Positions 50,886-61,259 of a DNA stretch of 64,000 nt are shown piece after piece. Origin of the DNA: Candidatus Heimdallarchaeota archaeon (GTDB lineage: Archaea > Asgardarchaeota > Heimdallarchaeia > JABLTI01). The DNA is taken from assembly GCA_019058275.1 (NCBI GenBank), contig JAHLVW010000066.1, positions 160,001 to 224,000 on the forward strand. The letters run 5' to 3'. The notes under the pieces are model-generated. The model was not told the origin of the DNA, searched no databases, and worked only from the letters and a program-made list of their open reading frames with translations. Numbering within the stretch: the stretch's first letter is position 1; the number at the start of each line of letters is the position of its first letter. A program made the position numbers and the translations under genes.

Positions 50886-51722
50886 TTAATCTCTACCAAG
50901 TGTTCTTGTTTTTGCTCTTAACTGCACACCTTCATGATTAGGATAAAATTTAGCCATTCGTTCCAATTCATCCTCAAGTTCTGCAACAATATCAATGTGA
51001 TTTTTGTCTTTAGCAAAAGCATTCATTGCGGTAACTATACCATTAGCTCTTTGTAGGATGAAATCTTCATCCTCAGGATAATCATCAGTAAGAGCAATTA
51101 GTTCATCCAGTAAAGGAATAGCTCTCTTGTACTCTTGGTTTTTGCTTAAATAACCAATAGCATTGACTAATCCTTTTGCTAATGCTAATTGTATTTCATG
51201 ATTTTCTTTATGGGCATTGGATAAAATAAGTAATTCTTTGATTAATTGCTTGACTGGTTCCATCATTGTTCGCTGACCAAAATTAATAATAGAGTTTACT
51301 AGTCCCCCTGCTAGGGATCTTTGACAAGACATGTTCATAGGATAAGTTCTAGCAAACATACGAAGTTCTTCTAAACGCTCATACATCGATTCAAATTTTT
51401 GCTTTTTCATAAGATAAGACATAGAATTAGCAAGTGCAGTAGAAAATTGATTTTGGATTTCATCTATATTACCAAATTCCTCAACTAAATTTCTAAATCT
51501 TATTAGAACAAGATCAATCCCTTCTGGATCACCTGACATGCCAAAAATGGTTATGGTATTTACTAAACCTTTAGCATAACGTAGAAGATTCATTAGGTCT
51601 TCGCCATCTTCAAAAGCCTTATCTCGCATACCATCTAATTGACCTAATGTTCTATCATAAAATTCTTGCTTTCTTTTTTCTTCGCCTGTCATGCATCTAT
51701 CTCCTACTTTCGTTGTTGCCAA
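50886..51722 (-). CDS. Alpha-helical solenoid protein with five ~44-aa repeats
   Basis: AKGLVN / STALAN / AGGLVN / AKGLVN / ANGIVT recur at ~44-aa spacing. Confidence 0.75.
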   Translation of the reverse strand: MATTKVGDRCMTGEEKRKQEFYDRTLGQLDGMRDKAFEDGEDLMNLLRYAKGLVNTITIFGMSGDPEGIDLVLIRFRNLVEEFGNIDEIQNQFSTALANSMSYLMKKQKFESMYERLEELRMFARTYPMNMSCQRSLAGGLVNSIINFGQRTMMEPVKQLIKELLILSNAHKENHEIQLALAKGLVNAIGYLSKNQEYKRAIPLLDELIALTDDYPEDEDFILQRANGIVTAMNAFAKDKNHIDIVAELEDELERMAKFYPNHEGVQLRAKTRTLGRD

Positions 51723-51871
51723 ACCACTTAAGCTTCTGCATGAGTCCTATTCACAATATTAATCTTCCAAATATGACCTTTATTCTTTTTAAATTTGACT
51801 CATAGCTTTGTTTTTTTCTTAAATTGATAATCAACAATTGAAATTTAAAGTATTTTGGGGGCAGACAAGTT

Positions 51872-52996
51872 TTAACCTAATTCTTGCATTATTTCTTCTA
51901 ATGATTGCAAGAAAACATCGTTATTTTCTTTAGTTGTAATTGATACTCTTAAGCAATTCTCGCATAATGGCATAGCACTCATATTTCTTACAAGAACACC
52001 TTTTTCTTTCAAAAGTGTTTTCTGAACATCTGCTGCATTGTAATTATCTATCTTGAACATTATAAAATTTGTAAATGATTTGTATGGTGATATGCCATTC
52101 AATTTTGTTAGTTTATCATATATTGCATCTCGTTCTGAAATAATATTTTCTACAATATTTTTTAGAGCTATTTTTTCTTGAATTACTAATTTAGCTAATT
52201 CAAGTGAAGCAATGTTGACATTAAATGCTGGAAGAAGCTCCTTAAGCCTAGCTATCAGAAACTCATCAGCTAATGCATACCCAAGTCTCATACCTGCCAT
52301 CCCATGGAATTTCGACATACTTTTCATAATTATTAGATTCGGGAATTGCTTCAAAGAATTGACAATAGAATAACCACCAAAATCTGTATATGTTTCATCA
52401 AGGGCCACAATACCTGGAAATTCAGCAATTATTTTGCTTATTTTGTCTTTTGTGAATTGATTACCTGTGGGATTGTTTGGAGAACATAAAAACAGTAACT
52501 TGTCTTTTTTTGGTTTAATATTTGATAGAATATAATCAGGATCTATATCATATTCAGGTGGAGGAGTTAGAAATAATTCAGTTACATCGCCACCCTGAAC
52601 TTTTACTGCGTGTTCGTACATGGGGTAGGTTGGATAAACTATTGCCGCAAAATAGCCTGCTTTAATGGTTAATCGGACCATTAAATCAATTATCTTATCT
52701 CCACCATTACCTGCTACAACTTGGTTTGGGTTAAGTTGATAATCATAAGATATTAAATCACACAATGAATCACAATAATCTTCAGGATAAACTCTAGGGT
52801 CGATTCTACCAGCAACTTGCTTTATTAGTTTTTTAATTAGATTCTCAGGAAAAGCTAGATTCTCATTTAATCCAACACGAACCATAACTTTATGCTCTAT
52901 TTTATCTGGCATGAATCCTCCTTTGCCTTTAAATGGATCATTAATCATATCAGATAGGTCAATTATTTTTTCTTTCAAAGTAATCCCACAAGTCAT
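51872..52996 (-). CDS. hisC: Histidinol-phosphate aminotransferase (class I/II PLP enzyme)
   Basis: NEN, GNGGD, CSPNNPTG, DETY, SKFHGMAGMRLGY. Confidence 0.88.
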   Translation of the reverse strand: MTCGITLKEKIIDLSDMINDPFKGKGGFMPDKIEHKVMVRVGLNENLAFPENLIKKLIKQVAGRIDPRVYPEDYCDSLCDLISYDYQLNPNQVVAGNGGDKIIDLMVRLTIKAGYFAAIVYPTYPMYEHAVKVQGGDVTELFLTPPPEYDIDPDYILSNIKPKKDKLLFLCSPNNPTGNQFTKDKISKIIAEFPGIVALDETYTDFGGYSIVNSLKQFPNLIIMKSMSKFHGMAGMRLGYALADEFLIARLKELLPAFNVNIASLELAKLVIQEKIALKNIVENIISERDAIYDKLTKLNGISPYKSFTNFIMFKIDNYNAADVQKTLLKEKGVLVRNMSAMPLCENCLRVSITTKENNDVFLQSLEEIMQELG

Positions 52997-53169
52997 TTTT
53001 ACATTTCAAATTGATTCAAATTTATCCTTTATATTCAATTGTGAAACATTATTTCTAACGTATTCTTATGTTATATAATTTAGCTAAAAAATAATTCTAT
53101 CTAAGAAAGTGTAAACTTAATTATAGACTAGCTCAAAATACTTTTGAAAGAAAACCCCATAATTACCCT

Positions 53170-55119
53170 ATGAAAAGGCTAAACATCAATTTATCTTCAG
53201 AACGGTTTCGGTTATTAGTGATTTTTCTAGGGACTATTCTCATTGCTGGTTTACTCTTTATTATCAATAGTATTTCAGGGATACTAAACATCCTTGTTTT
53301 TATAACTCAAGCAATAGCTGGTATTATTTTTGCTCTATGGTATGCTCGAATTTTTCTATCCTATTTAGTAGAATTAAGGGAAAAAGAACCAGAAAAAAAA
53401 GTTGGTATACCTTTAGGATGGGCAATATTTGGAATTATTACTTGTGTAATCAATATTATTGTTTGGGGTTTTTTTTCACCATTAATTTTTAATTTTCCAA
53501 AAATCTATTTCCTGGTGCCATCAGCATTGGTTATGGTTGAGATTTCCTATGTTTTTATTAAAGGAAATCGCCGTAAAGCAAGAGATTGGTTGATAATTGT
53601 CTATAATGTTTTTGCATTTCTTTATTTGTTCAACTGGACACTTGTTGACTTTGGAATTGATTTACCCAACATTTTAGGAATTTTTTCGCATACAATAAAT
53701 AGTGGAGTTATGTGGTGGCAAATTGTTTTTGTTAACACAACAGCATTTTTCTCTCCAACTTTTATTTTTCCGATTTATATGCTGAATCCCAGGTATTATT
53801 TTGCAAAACCAGTTAAGGACTATATTAAAGCAAGAGCAGAAATCAAAAAAGAGACATTACTTGATGAATTAAAAGAAGGAGATAAAGAAGCAGATCAATC
53901 AAAATTGCCAGGTGAGAGAACACCATTCTTTGAGGAAAGAAGGAAATTACGAGAACAAGATGAAGAAATTCAAGCTATAGAAAAGGAACTAGCAAAAGTT
54001 TCGGAGGAAGATGATGTTAAATATGCTCAGCATATAGGAGCAAATGATTTCCCTTTTTATTTAAGAAAATTTGTCTCAAATTTTGATTCGTTTTTACGAA
54101 TTATCTCATTGAGTATAATTTTAGTTTTAATTGTTGTAACACCTATTGTTTTCGTAGGTAATATTACTATGAATGCTATTCCTAAACACACCAAACAAAC
54201 GTATGATGTAAGATCAAATATGGTTCTAGCAGTACAAGGCAATGTCTTTTCAACCTTTGATATTAACGGAAACCTTACATCAAGTTGGTATAATGATTTG
54301 ATAAAGGAAATAGCTTGGGTAAAAGAGCTACATGCAACACATATTCGATACGACATTAGTTCAAATGCATTATCCAATAGTGCTACTAAAGGCTATTTGA
54401 ATTTTGGATTGAATAAGATACAAAATAGTGGTTTGAAATTAATCTTGAGTGTTGCTGGTGATTTTGTTCTTACAAAAAGGGAACTGCTAAATACAATCTA
54501 TGAAGACTCTATTGAAATAGCAAAGGACTTTCAACCAGATTATATGATCATATTCAATGAAGTAAATGGTGAATTACTTAGTTATGTAAGTGAACCGGTT
54601 GAAATAGAGGAATGGTTTCCAGCAATTATTAACACTACAAATGTGATCAAAACACAAAATCCTACAACAAAAGTTGTTACAACAATTTTAGCAATAGGTG
54701 ATGGAATTGATGCGCTTCAAAAGATGTTAGCTAACAGCAGCTTGAATCTTGATGCTATTGGCCTCATTTTCTATCCTGTATTTTTTGGTTGGAGATTAAA
54801 TAAATTACTAAAATACCGTGACATTTACAGAGCTGCTGATACTTCTCTTCAATTCTGGATAAGTGAAATTGGTATGGAATCATTCAATTTTGGTGAAGTT
54901 GCGCAAGCAAAATTCCTGTCGAAGATTGCAAGTATGGCAAGTAATGAAGATGAATTAAATGCTTCGGGTATCTGTATAACAAGTTTGAAGGATAATCTAG
55001 GTTATACAATTAATAGAGGTTTAACAAGCCATTTTGGATTAGTATATTACAATGAACGTAAAAAAAGAGCTTTTGAAGCAATTTCATATGCTTACGGTAA
55101 GATTTTGGGAATAATTTAA
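53170..55119 (+). CDS. Polytopic membrane protein fused to a clan GH-A glycoside hydrolase TIM barrel
   Basis: About 7 TM helices; IFNEVN (acid/base), DAIGLIFYP, WISEIG (nucleophile), HFGL. Confidence 0.75.
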   Translation: MKRLNINLSSERFRLLVIFLGTILIAGLLFIINSISGILNILVFITQAIAGIIFALWYARIFLSYLVELREKEPEKKVGIPLGWAIFGIITCVINIIVWGFFSPLIFNFPKIYFLVPSALVMVEISYVFIKGNRRKARDWLIIVYNVFAFLYLFNWTLVDFGIDLPNILGIFSHTINSGVMWWQIVFVNTTAFFSPTFIFPIYMLNPRYYFAKPVKDYIKARAEIKKETLLDELKEGDKEADQSKLPGERTPFFEERRKLREQDEEIQAIEKELAKVSEEDDVKYAQHIGANDFPFYLRKFVSNFDSFLRIISLSIILVLIVVTPIVFVGNITMNAIPKHTKQTYDVRSNMVLAVQGNVFSTFDINGNLTSSWYNDLIKEIAWVKELHATHIRYDISSNALSNSATKGYLNFGLNKIQNSGLKLILSVAGDFVLTKRELLNTIYEDSIEIAKDFQPDYMIIFNEVNGELLSYVSEPVEIEEWFPAIINTTNVIKTQNPTTKVVTTILAIGDGIDALQKMLANSSLNLDAIGLIFYPVFFGWRLNKLLKYRDIYRAADTSLQFWISEIGMESFNFGEVAQAKFLSKIASMASNEDELNASGICITSLKDNLGYTINRGLTSHFGLVYYNERKKRAFEAISYAYGKILGII

Positions 55120-55240
55120 GAAGACAAACAATATTTTGTAACAAAGAAATTAAAAAGAAGTTATTTTCAATTGTAGAATTAAGAATAACTGAAAAAACAT
55201 ACTTGAAAAGTAAACTGGTTAACCCTGGAGGGTTTATGCT

Positions 55241-55798
55241 GTGAGCTTTCGTGAAAGAAGATATAAAACCTCAACAGATAAAGACATAAAAATTAGATTG
55301 TTGGATTGGACGGATCTTAACGGAATAACAAAATTCCATGGAGAATTATACGATTCAAATTACTTTGATTCTCCACCTAATACCACTTTAGAAGTTCGCT
55401 ATGTTTTACGAAATCTTGAAGCTAGAGAATTAGCTGGTGGTTTAAGTTTAATTGCTGACCATCAAAAAGAAGTTATTGCTGAAGCTACTTTAGAAACTAG
55501 CATTTTCGGTATACCTGTTCAAAAACACATTGGTAAAATTTGGATGGTTGTTTTACCAGAATGGCGTAGATTAGGAATTGGTACAGAATTAATAACTGCT
55601 TTAGAGCATTTTGCTATCCGTAATGGTATTCTCACACTTTGGACCCACTTTGAAAGGGACTGTGAAGCTGAAGAAAAATTCTATTGTGAGAAACACAAAT
55701 ATGTTAAAACTGGTCTAATCAAAAAGGCATTAATGCGCCAAAATAAACCTAAAGATCATTTATTAGTTCAAAAGGAGCTTCCAAGAGGAGGAATATAA
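55241..55798 (+). CDS. GNAT acetyltransferase
   Basis: VLPEWRRLGIGTELI. Confidence 0.85.
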   Translation: MSFRERRYKTSTDKDIKIRLLDWTDLNGITKFHGELYDSNYFDSPPNTTLEVRYVLRNLEARELAGGLSLIADHQKEVIAEATLETSIFGIPVQKHIGKIWMVVLPEWRRLGIGTELITALEHFAIRNGILTLWTHFERDCEAEEKFYCEKHKYVKTGLIKKALMRQNKPKDHLLVQKELPRGGI

Positions 55799-55948
55799 TT
55801 CCTATTTTTCTTATTCCTACTCTCCATATTTTCTTTATTGATTGAAACTCATTTTATTTTATATTTCTATTTTTGCTTTTGAAAATTGCACATGAGTACT
55901 ATAATAAGAGATAAAAAGAGATTGTTGTGAAATGAATATATTCCTTAT

Positions 55949-57460
55949 ATGGAGAAGTTAAAAGTAATGAATGATAATGAAAAAGCAAAACCAAGAATAG
56001 CTATTATTACTCTAATACAAGAAGGAGCTGTAAAAGTAGGTGGAGAACACGCAATGCTCTTTCCATATGTAGAGCAAATCCTAAAAGCTGCTGAAACATC
56101 TAAAGAAAAATTAGAAATAATACCTTATGTTGTTTCCCCAAGACCAAAAAAACTAGAGAAACTGGCTCGAGTTGAGGAACTAAAAGAAAAAATGAATAAT
56201 ACTTATGGTGGACAAATGATTCTAGTTTCAAATGGTGCAACAGGACCATATACAAATCCTTGGAATTGGGAGAAATATGGTCATGAAGCTAATAAGGCAA
56301 TCCTTAAACTAGCAAAAGAAAAACAGCTTGATGGTATAATCATTATGGCTCATGGGTTTGCGAGTATTCCGGGAGTTCTCAATCTTATAACCTCTAAAGA
56401 GAATGGACTGTTAGGTGATATCCCAGTTTCTTGTTATTATATAACCCATTCATCATTTGATGAACATAAAGATAATCGTCCCCAAAGAAGAATTCTCGAG
56501 AGAGAAATACAAAATCATGCAAAAATGATAGCCATTAGCCCATATATGAGTAATCATTTAGAAGAAATTGGATTAGTTAAAAGTAGTAATGATACAATTC
56601 CTCTCTATAATGCTTTACCAGAAAAAGGATGGTTCTCGAGTAAAGTTTCAAAGGAACTAACTCTAGAAATGTTGAATGAACGAAATAGTAAAGTAAACCA
56701 AGGTCCATTTTTTGGAGTGGAGCTTCCAATTGAAGACATTCTAGAAGGAAGAAAAGAGTTAGTCTTGTATTTTGGTCGAGCACAAAAATATGTCAAAGGT
56801 ACTGATGCAGTTATTGCATGTGCCAAAAGTGATTCAAAACGACATTACATGTTAATCTGTAGTGGTTCACAAGATGAATTGACTTGGCATAAACGTTTGA
56901 TAAAAGATACTGATAATATAACCATGGCTTGGGAACATAACTCAAAGCTTGTTTTAGGTGTTGTTCAACTGACTGAAGATAATCCAAAAGCTCGAATCTA
57001 TTCCTTGTTTCTGTCAAGAAGAGAACCAATGGGTTTAGTTAGTAGAGAAGTTGTTTTAATGCAAGACAATGGCTCAGTTTTACCTTTAGTTTCAGATAAA
57101 TGTGGATTTGAAGATCAATGGCAGAAAGAATTTAGCTTTGTAGTTGCCAATCCAAGTAGTTATGAAGATGATCTTACAAAACAGAAATCAAATTCACAGT
57201 TAGCCAAAGGTAATGACATCTTTATTCATGATGATTGTATAAGGGATACTTTAGATGCTTTAGATAAATTAAGTAACCTTACAATTAATGAACTAAGAAA
57301 AAGAGTTCTAGGTTACAAAGAAGCAGTAAAAATCAACTATTCACAAAACAGATATTGGTCATTCTATTTAGACGCTGTAGGTGTGAATGCACCAAACATT
57401 GAAACCTATATTGAAAATATAATAAAAAAGAATAATCTCGAAAAAATTCCAAACGTTTAG
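55949..57460 (+). CDS. GT-B retaining glycosyltransferase, glycogen-synthase-like motifs
   Basis: KVGG, YFGR...KGTD, SRREPMGLVSRE (EX7E). Confidence 0.75.
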   Translation: MEKLKVMNDNEKAKPRIAIITLIQEGAVKVGGEHAMLFPYVEQILKAAETSKEKLEIIPYVVSPRPKKLEKLARVEELKEKMNNTYGGQMILVSNGATGPYTNPWNWEKYGHEANKAILKLAKEKQLDGIIIMAHGFASIPGVLNLITSKENGLLGDIPVSCYYITHSSFDEHKDNRPQRRILEREIQNHAKMIAISPYMSNHLEEIGLVKSSNDTIPLYNALPEKGWFSSKVSKELTLEMLNERNSKVNQGPFFGVELPIEDILEGRKELVLYFGRAQKYVKGTDAVIACAKSDSKRHYMLICSGSQDELTWHKRLIKDTDNITMAWEHNSKLVLGVVQLTEDNPKARIYSLFLSRREPMGLVSREVVLMQDNGSVLPLVSDKCGFEDQWQKEFSFVVANPSSYEDDLTKQKSNSQLAKGNDIFIHDDCIRDTLDALDKLSNLTINELRKRVLGYKEAVKINYSQNRYWSFYLDAVGVNAPNIETYIENIIKKNNLEKIPNV

Positions 57461-57470
57461 AAAAAATGAT

Positions 57471-57950
57471 TTAGTATAGTTTTTCAGTTTTAATTATTTG
57501 ATCTAAAATGGAACTATTATTTTCTTTATCTGGATATTCAGAGCATTCTGAATGTTTCCCACAATTTTTTTGAGCAATTTCTAACTCTAACAGTGTATTT
57601 TTGAATTGAGAAAAGGAAGTAATTTCACCTGTAAAATCCTTTACAGTATTCCCAAATTTTTCATTAAATAATCGTGCTATCTTCTTCAGTTTTGATCTTA
57701 TAGTTTGCATCCGATCTGATGTATCTGAAACTAAAATGTATAGTAATCCATTACTTTTAAGAAAATTCACATTCGTATTCTCGAATTTCAATTGCTCCAA
57801 AGTTCCTTGCTCAAATTCCTCAGAAAAAGAGATAAGTGCTTCAAAGAAAGCAGAAAGTAATATCGGATTTGAATTTAGACTATGACAATTGCCAAAATTA
57901 TCATTTAACAGAGTAGTACCATCTTTGATTATAATTAAATTCTGAATCAT
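57471..57950 (-). CDS. Longin-like domain protein
   Basis: IQNLIIIKDGTTLL..LLSAFFEALISFSEE..LLYILVSD..LKKIARLFNEKF..FTGEITSF pattern. Confidence 0.7.
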   Translation of the reverse strand: MIQNLIIIKDGTTLLNDNFGNCHSLNSNPILLSAFFEALISFSEEFEQGTLEQLKFENTNVNFLKSNGLLYILVSDTSDRMQTIRSKLKKIARLFNEKFGNTVKDFTGEITSFSQFKNTLLELEIAQKNCGKHSECSEYPDKENNSSILDQIIKTEKLY

Positions 57951-58202
57951 TTCATGTGAATATCAATGAAATACTATAAAATATCTGTGAATCATTAACT
58001 AATGTTTTCGTATTTCGATATCTCAGAATTTAACTTAATACATATTTAAGCTAAGATTTGCTTCAAAGCATAGATTTATTTCTTACAACAAAAATAGTGA
58101 GTTATACTTAGAATTTGTAATAATTTAAACCATATCAGTTCAATAGGGATTACTATTCACGATTAATTTCTTTATAGATAATCATTATAGAGGAATCTAC
58201 AT

Positions 58203-61200
58203 ATGACGAATATTGAGAAGAAAAAGGAACTAAACCAAGAAGCCAAAACTAAAGATTCCCATATTATTGTGGATGGCAAAATTAATTCAGACTTGACAGA
58301 TATAGAAGCATTACGTCAAGAATTAATTATAAGCGAAAGAAAATCATTGGGACTTTTTGAACTAACAAATGACGCTATTTTTCTTATAGGTCTGGATGGT
58401 AAGTATATTGATGTGAATCAAAGAGCAGCAGAAATGTTAGGTTATAACCGACATGATATGATTGGCTCATCACTGCTGAACTTTATTGTAGAAGACGAAC
58501 AAGAAAATACTATGGAAAAATTAAATGAATTGCTGTCTGGACGTATTTTACCAATCTATATTCGTAGGTTTAAGCGAAGTAATGGTTCAATTTTTCCCGC
58601 AGAAATTAATGCTGCTGTTGTTCAAGATGAGGATGGTAATCCTGCATATATTCAAAGTGCTGTAAGAGATATTAGTGAAAGAGTTGAAGCTGAAGAAGCA
58701 CTTGTAAAAGAAAGAAAAGCGTTTCATTTTATTGCAGAAGCAACTATTTTTGCAGATGATATTGCTGATTTATGTCAGAGGATTCTATCAGGAATAACAC
58801 AAATACTAGGTTTTGATGCTTCCACGGTAAGATTATATGACACAGAAACTAGAATGTTGATTCCTGTTGCAGTAACTAATTTGGAGAAGAAGGCACTAAA
58901 TCCTGATGTTAAACCACAATCTATTGATGATCCAAATTGTGTATTTGCTTTAACTGCTAGAAAGAAACGCGCTATAGTTTCACCTAAATATGAAGACAGG
59001 TCGCTAATGGCTCCTTTTGTTGACAAAATGATCAAACTAGGAATTTATGCCATTATTTCTTGGCCAATTTTAGATGCTAATAATAACTTACTAGGAGTCC
59101 TTCAATTAGTATCACATAAACCAAAAGAGATACCAGAAGAAGATATGCTGTTTTTTGAAACAATAGCTAGAATATTTACAGTAGCTTTAGAACGAAAAAG
59201 AGCCGAAGAAGCTCTTAAGGAAAGTGAAGAGAAATATCGATCATTTGCTCAAAACTTTCAAGGGATAGCCTATAGAACGAAAATAGATTGGACACCAATT
59301 TTCTTCAATGGTGCAGTAGAAGCAATAACAGGCTATACCGAAGAAGAACTTAAAACATGGAATCCAAGATGGGAGGATATTATACATCCTGATGATAAAG
59401 CATTTGTTATTGGTTTAGAACAGCGACTTCAGACATTACCAAACCATGTTATTGAGCTTGAATATAGAATTATTCGTAAAGATGGACAAATTAGATGGAT
59501 ACATGAGATAAGCCAAAATATTTGCGATGAAAAAGGAAAGCTGATTTTTGTCCAAGGTGCGATATATGATGTTTCAGAAAGAATGCGTACTGATAGTATG
59601 CAGAAAATAAAACAAAATCTAGGCATTTCTTTAAGTTCAATAAGTAACATAAAAGTTGGTTTAGATGTTGTTTTAGAAGCTACGTGTACGATTGATGTAA
59701 TAGAATGTGGTGTAATATACCTAGTTGATAAAGATACTGGCTTTCTTAATCCAGTTTCCTCTGAAAAATTAAGTGGTGAATTCATTGATCAAATATCCTA
59801 CTTCTCAACTGAATCCCCTTTTACAAAAGCAATCTTAACTGGAAGTTCAGTATATAGTGATTATAATGATTTGACTAAAGATGCAAACTTCAAAATGATT
59901 AAAGAAGAAGGAATACATGCATTAGCCAATATCCCAATCTATTCTGAGGACAAAATTGTAGCAATAATGATGCTTGGTTCTCTTTCATCTGACACTATAC
60001 CAATAAATACACGAAATACACTTGAGATTATTTCTTCCCAAATAAGTGGTGCTATAGCAAGAATTAGAGCAGAACAAGCTTTAAGAGAAAGTGATGAAAA
60101 GTATCGTACATTTGTTATGAATTTCCAAGGAATTGCTTATCGGTGTGATCTAAATAGCAATTATTTATTCTTAGATGGAGCAGTTGAAAAAATAACCAGC
60201 TATTCATCTGATGAATTAATTTTAAAGAAAAATACTCGAAAAGAGCTAATCCATCCTTATGATTTAGAGGAAGTAGATAAAAAATTCAAGGAATCAATTA
60301 CATCTCCAGATGAAATTGGCAAACATGAATATCGAATAATAACCAAGGATGGTCGTATTAATTGGGTTCAAGATATTTGGCGAGTACTTAAAGATGAAAA
60401 TAATAAGCCTATAGGTTTTCAAGGGTCTGTACATGATGTTAGCGAAAGAAAAAGTGCTCAAGATGAAATTCAAAAATTGTATGCTGACTTAGAGCGAAGA
60501 GTAGAAGAGCGAACTGAACAGCTAACAGCAACGAATAAAGAATTAACAGCATTTTCTTATTCCGTTTCCCATGACTTGAGAACACCACTCAGACATATTG
60601 GTGGTTTTGCACAACTATTGCAAAAACGAGTCACAACTGCTTCTGAACATGATGAACGGATCTTAAGTTATACGCAAAAAATCATAGATTCTGTAGAGGA
60701 AATGAATAAGCTAATTGATGGATTACTTACTTTTTCAAGAATGAGTCGAGTTGAGATGGTTAAAATCAGAATTAATCTCACTGAACTTATTCAAGATGTT
60801 CTCAATGACTTTCAAGTTGAACTTGGTAATAGACAGATTGATGTTTCTGTCAATTTCTTGCCTGATGTCATAGGTGATCCCTCTCTATTGCGTTTGGTTT
60901 TAGTTAATTTGATAGCTAATGCACTTAAATTCACAAAGAAGAAGGATATTGCTAAAATCGAGATTGGAACAATGGCTGCAAAAGATTCGGAAAAGGCTAC
61001 AACTTACATTCGAGATAATGGCATTGGTTTTGATATGAAATACTATGACAGGCTTTTTGGTGTATTTCAGCGACTTCATAAAAATGAGGAATTTGAAGGT
61101 ACAGGTATTGGATTAGCAACAGTGCAGCGAGTGATCCGTCGTATGAATGGATCAATTTGGGCTGAGGGTGAAGTAGAAAAAGGTGCGACATTCTATTTCT

Positions 61201-61241
61201 CCATACCAAAAGCTGAGATGAGTGAAGAATCAGAAGAATAA
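58203..61241 (+). CDS. Cytoplasmic PAS-GAF-PAS-GAF-PAS histidine kinase
   Basis: H-box FSYSVSHDLRTPL, NLIANALKFT, DNGIGF, FQRLH, GTGIGLA; no TM helix. Confidence 0.95.
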   Translation: MTNIEKKKELNQEAKTKDSHIIVDGKINSDLTDIEALRQELIISERKSLGLFELTNDAIFLIGLDGKYIDVNQRAAEMLGYNRHDMIGSSLLNFIVEDEQENTMEKLNELLSGRILPIYIRRFKRSNGSIFPAEINAAVVQDEDGNPAYIQSAVRDISERVEAEEALVKERKAFHFIAEATIFADDIADLCQRILSGITQILGFDASTVRLYDTETRMLIPVAVTNLEKKALNPDVKPQSIDDPNCVFALTARKKRAIVSPKYEDRSLMAPFVDKMIKLGIYAIISWPILDANNNLLGVLQLVSHKPKEIPEEDMLFFETIARIFTVALERKRAEEALKESEEKYRSFAQNFQGIAYRTKIDWTPIFFNGAVEAITGYTEEELKTWNPRWEDIIHPDDKAFVIGLEQRLQTLPNHVIELEYRIIRKDGQIRWIHEISQNICDEKGKLIFVQGAIYDVSERMRTDSMQKIKQNLGISLSSISNIKVGLDVVLEATCTIDVIECGVIYLVDKDTGFLNPVSSEKLSGEFIDQISYFSTESPFTKAILTGSSVYSDYNDLTKDANFKMIKEEGIHALANIPIYSEDKIVAIMMLGSLSSDTIPINTRNTLEIISSQISGAIARIRAEQALRESDEKYRTFVMNFQGIAYRCDLNSNYLFLDGAVEKITSYSSDELILKKNTRKELIHPYDLEEVDKKFKESITSPDEIGKHEYRIITKDGRINWVQDIWRVLKDENNKPIGFQGSVHDVSERKSAQDEIQKLYADLERRVEERTEQLTATNKELTAFSYSVSHDLRTPLRHIGGFAQLLQKRVTTASEHDERILSYTQKIIDSVEEMNKLIDGLLTFSRMSRVEMVKIRINLTELIQDVLNDFQVELGNRQIDVSVNFLPDVIGDPSLLRLVLVNLIANALKFTKKKDIAKIEIGTMAAKDSEKATTYIRDNGIGFDMKYYDRLFGVFQRLHKNEEFEGTGIGLATVQRVIRRMNGSIWAEGEVEKGATFYFSIPKAEMSEESEE

Positions 61242-61259
61242 TCTTATTCTAGTTTTAGA

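Noticed and set aside
50871-50887. AAAAAACC-A-GGTTTTTT palindrome as an operator
   Set aside because: It lies between convergent stop codons and is explained by back-to-back U-tract terminators.
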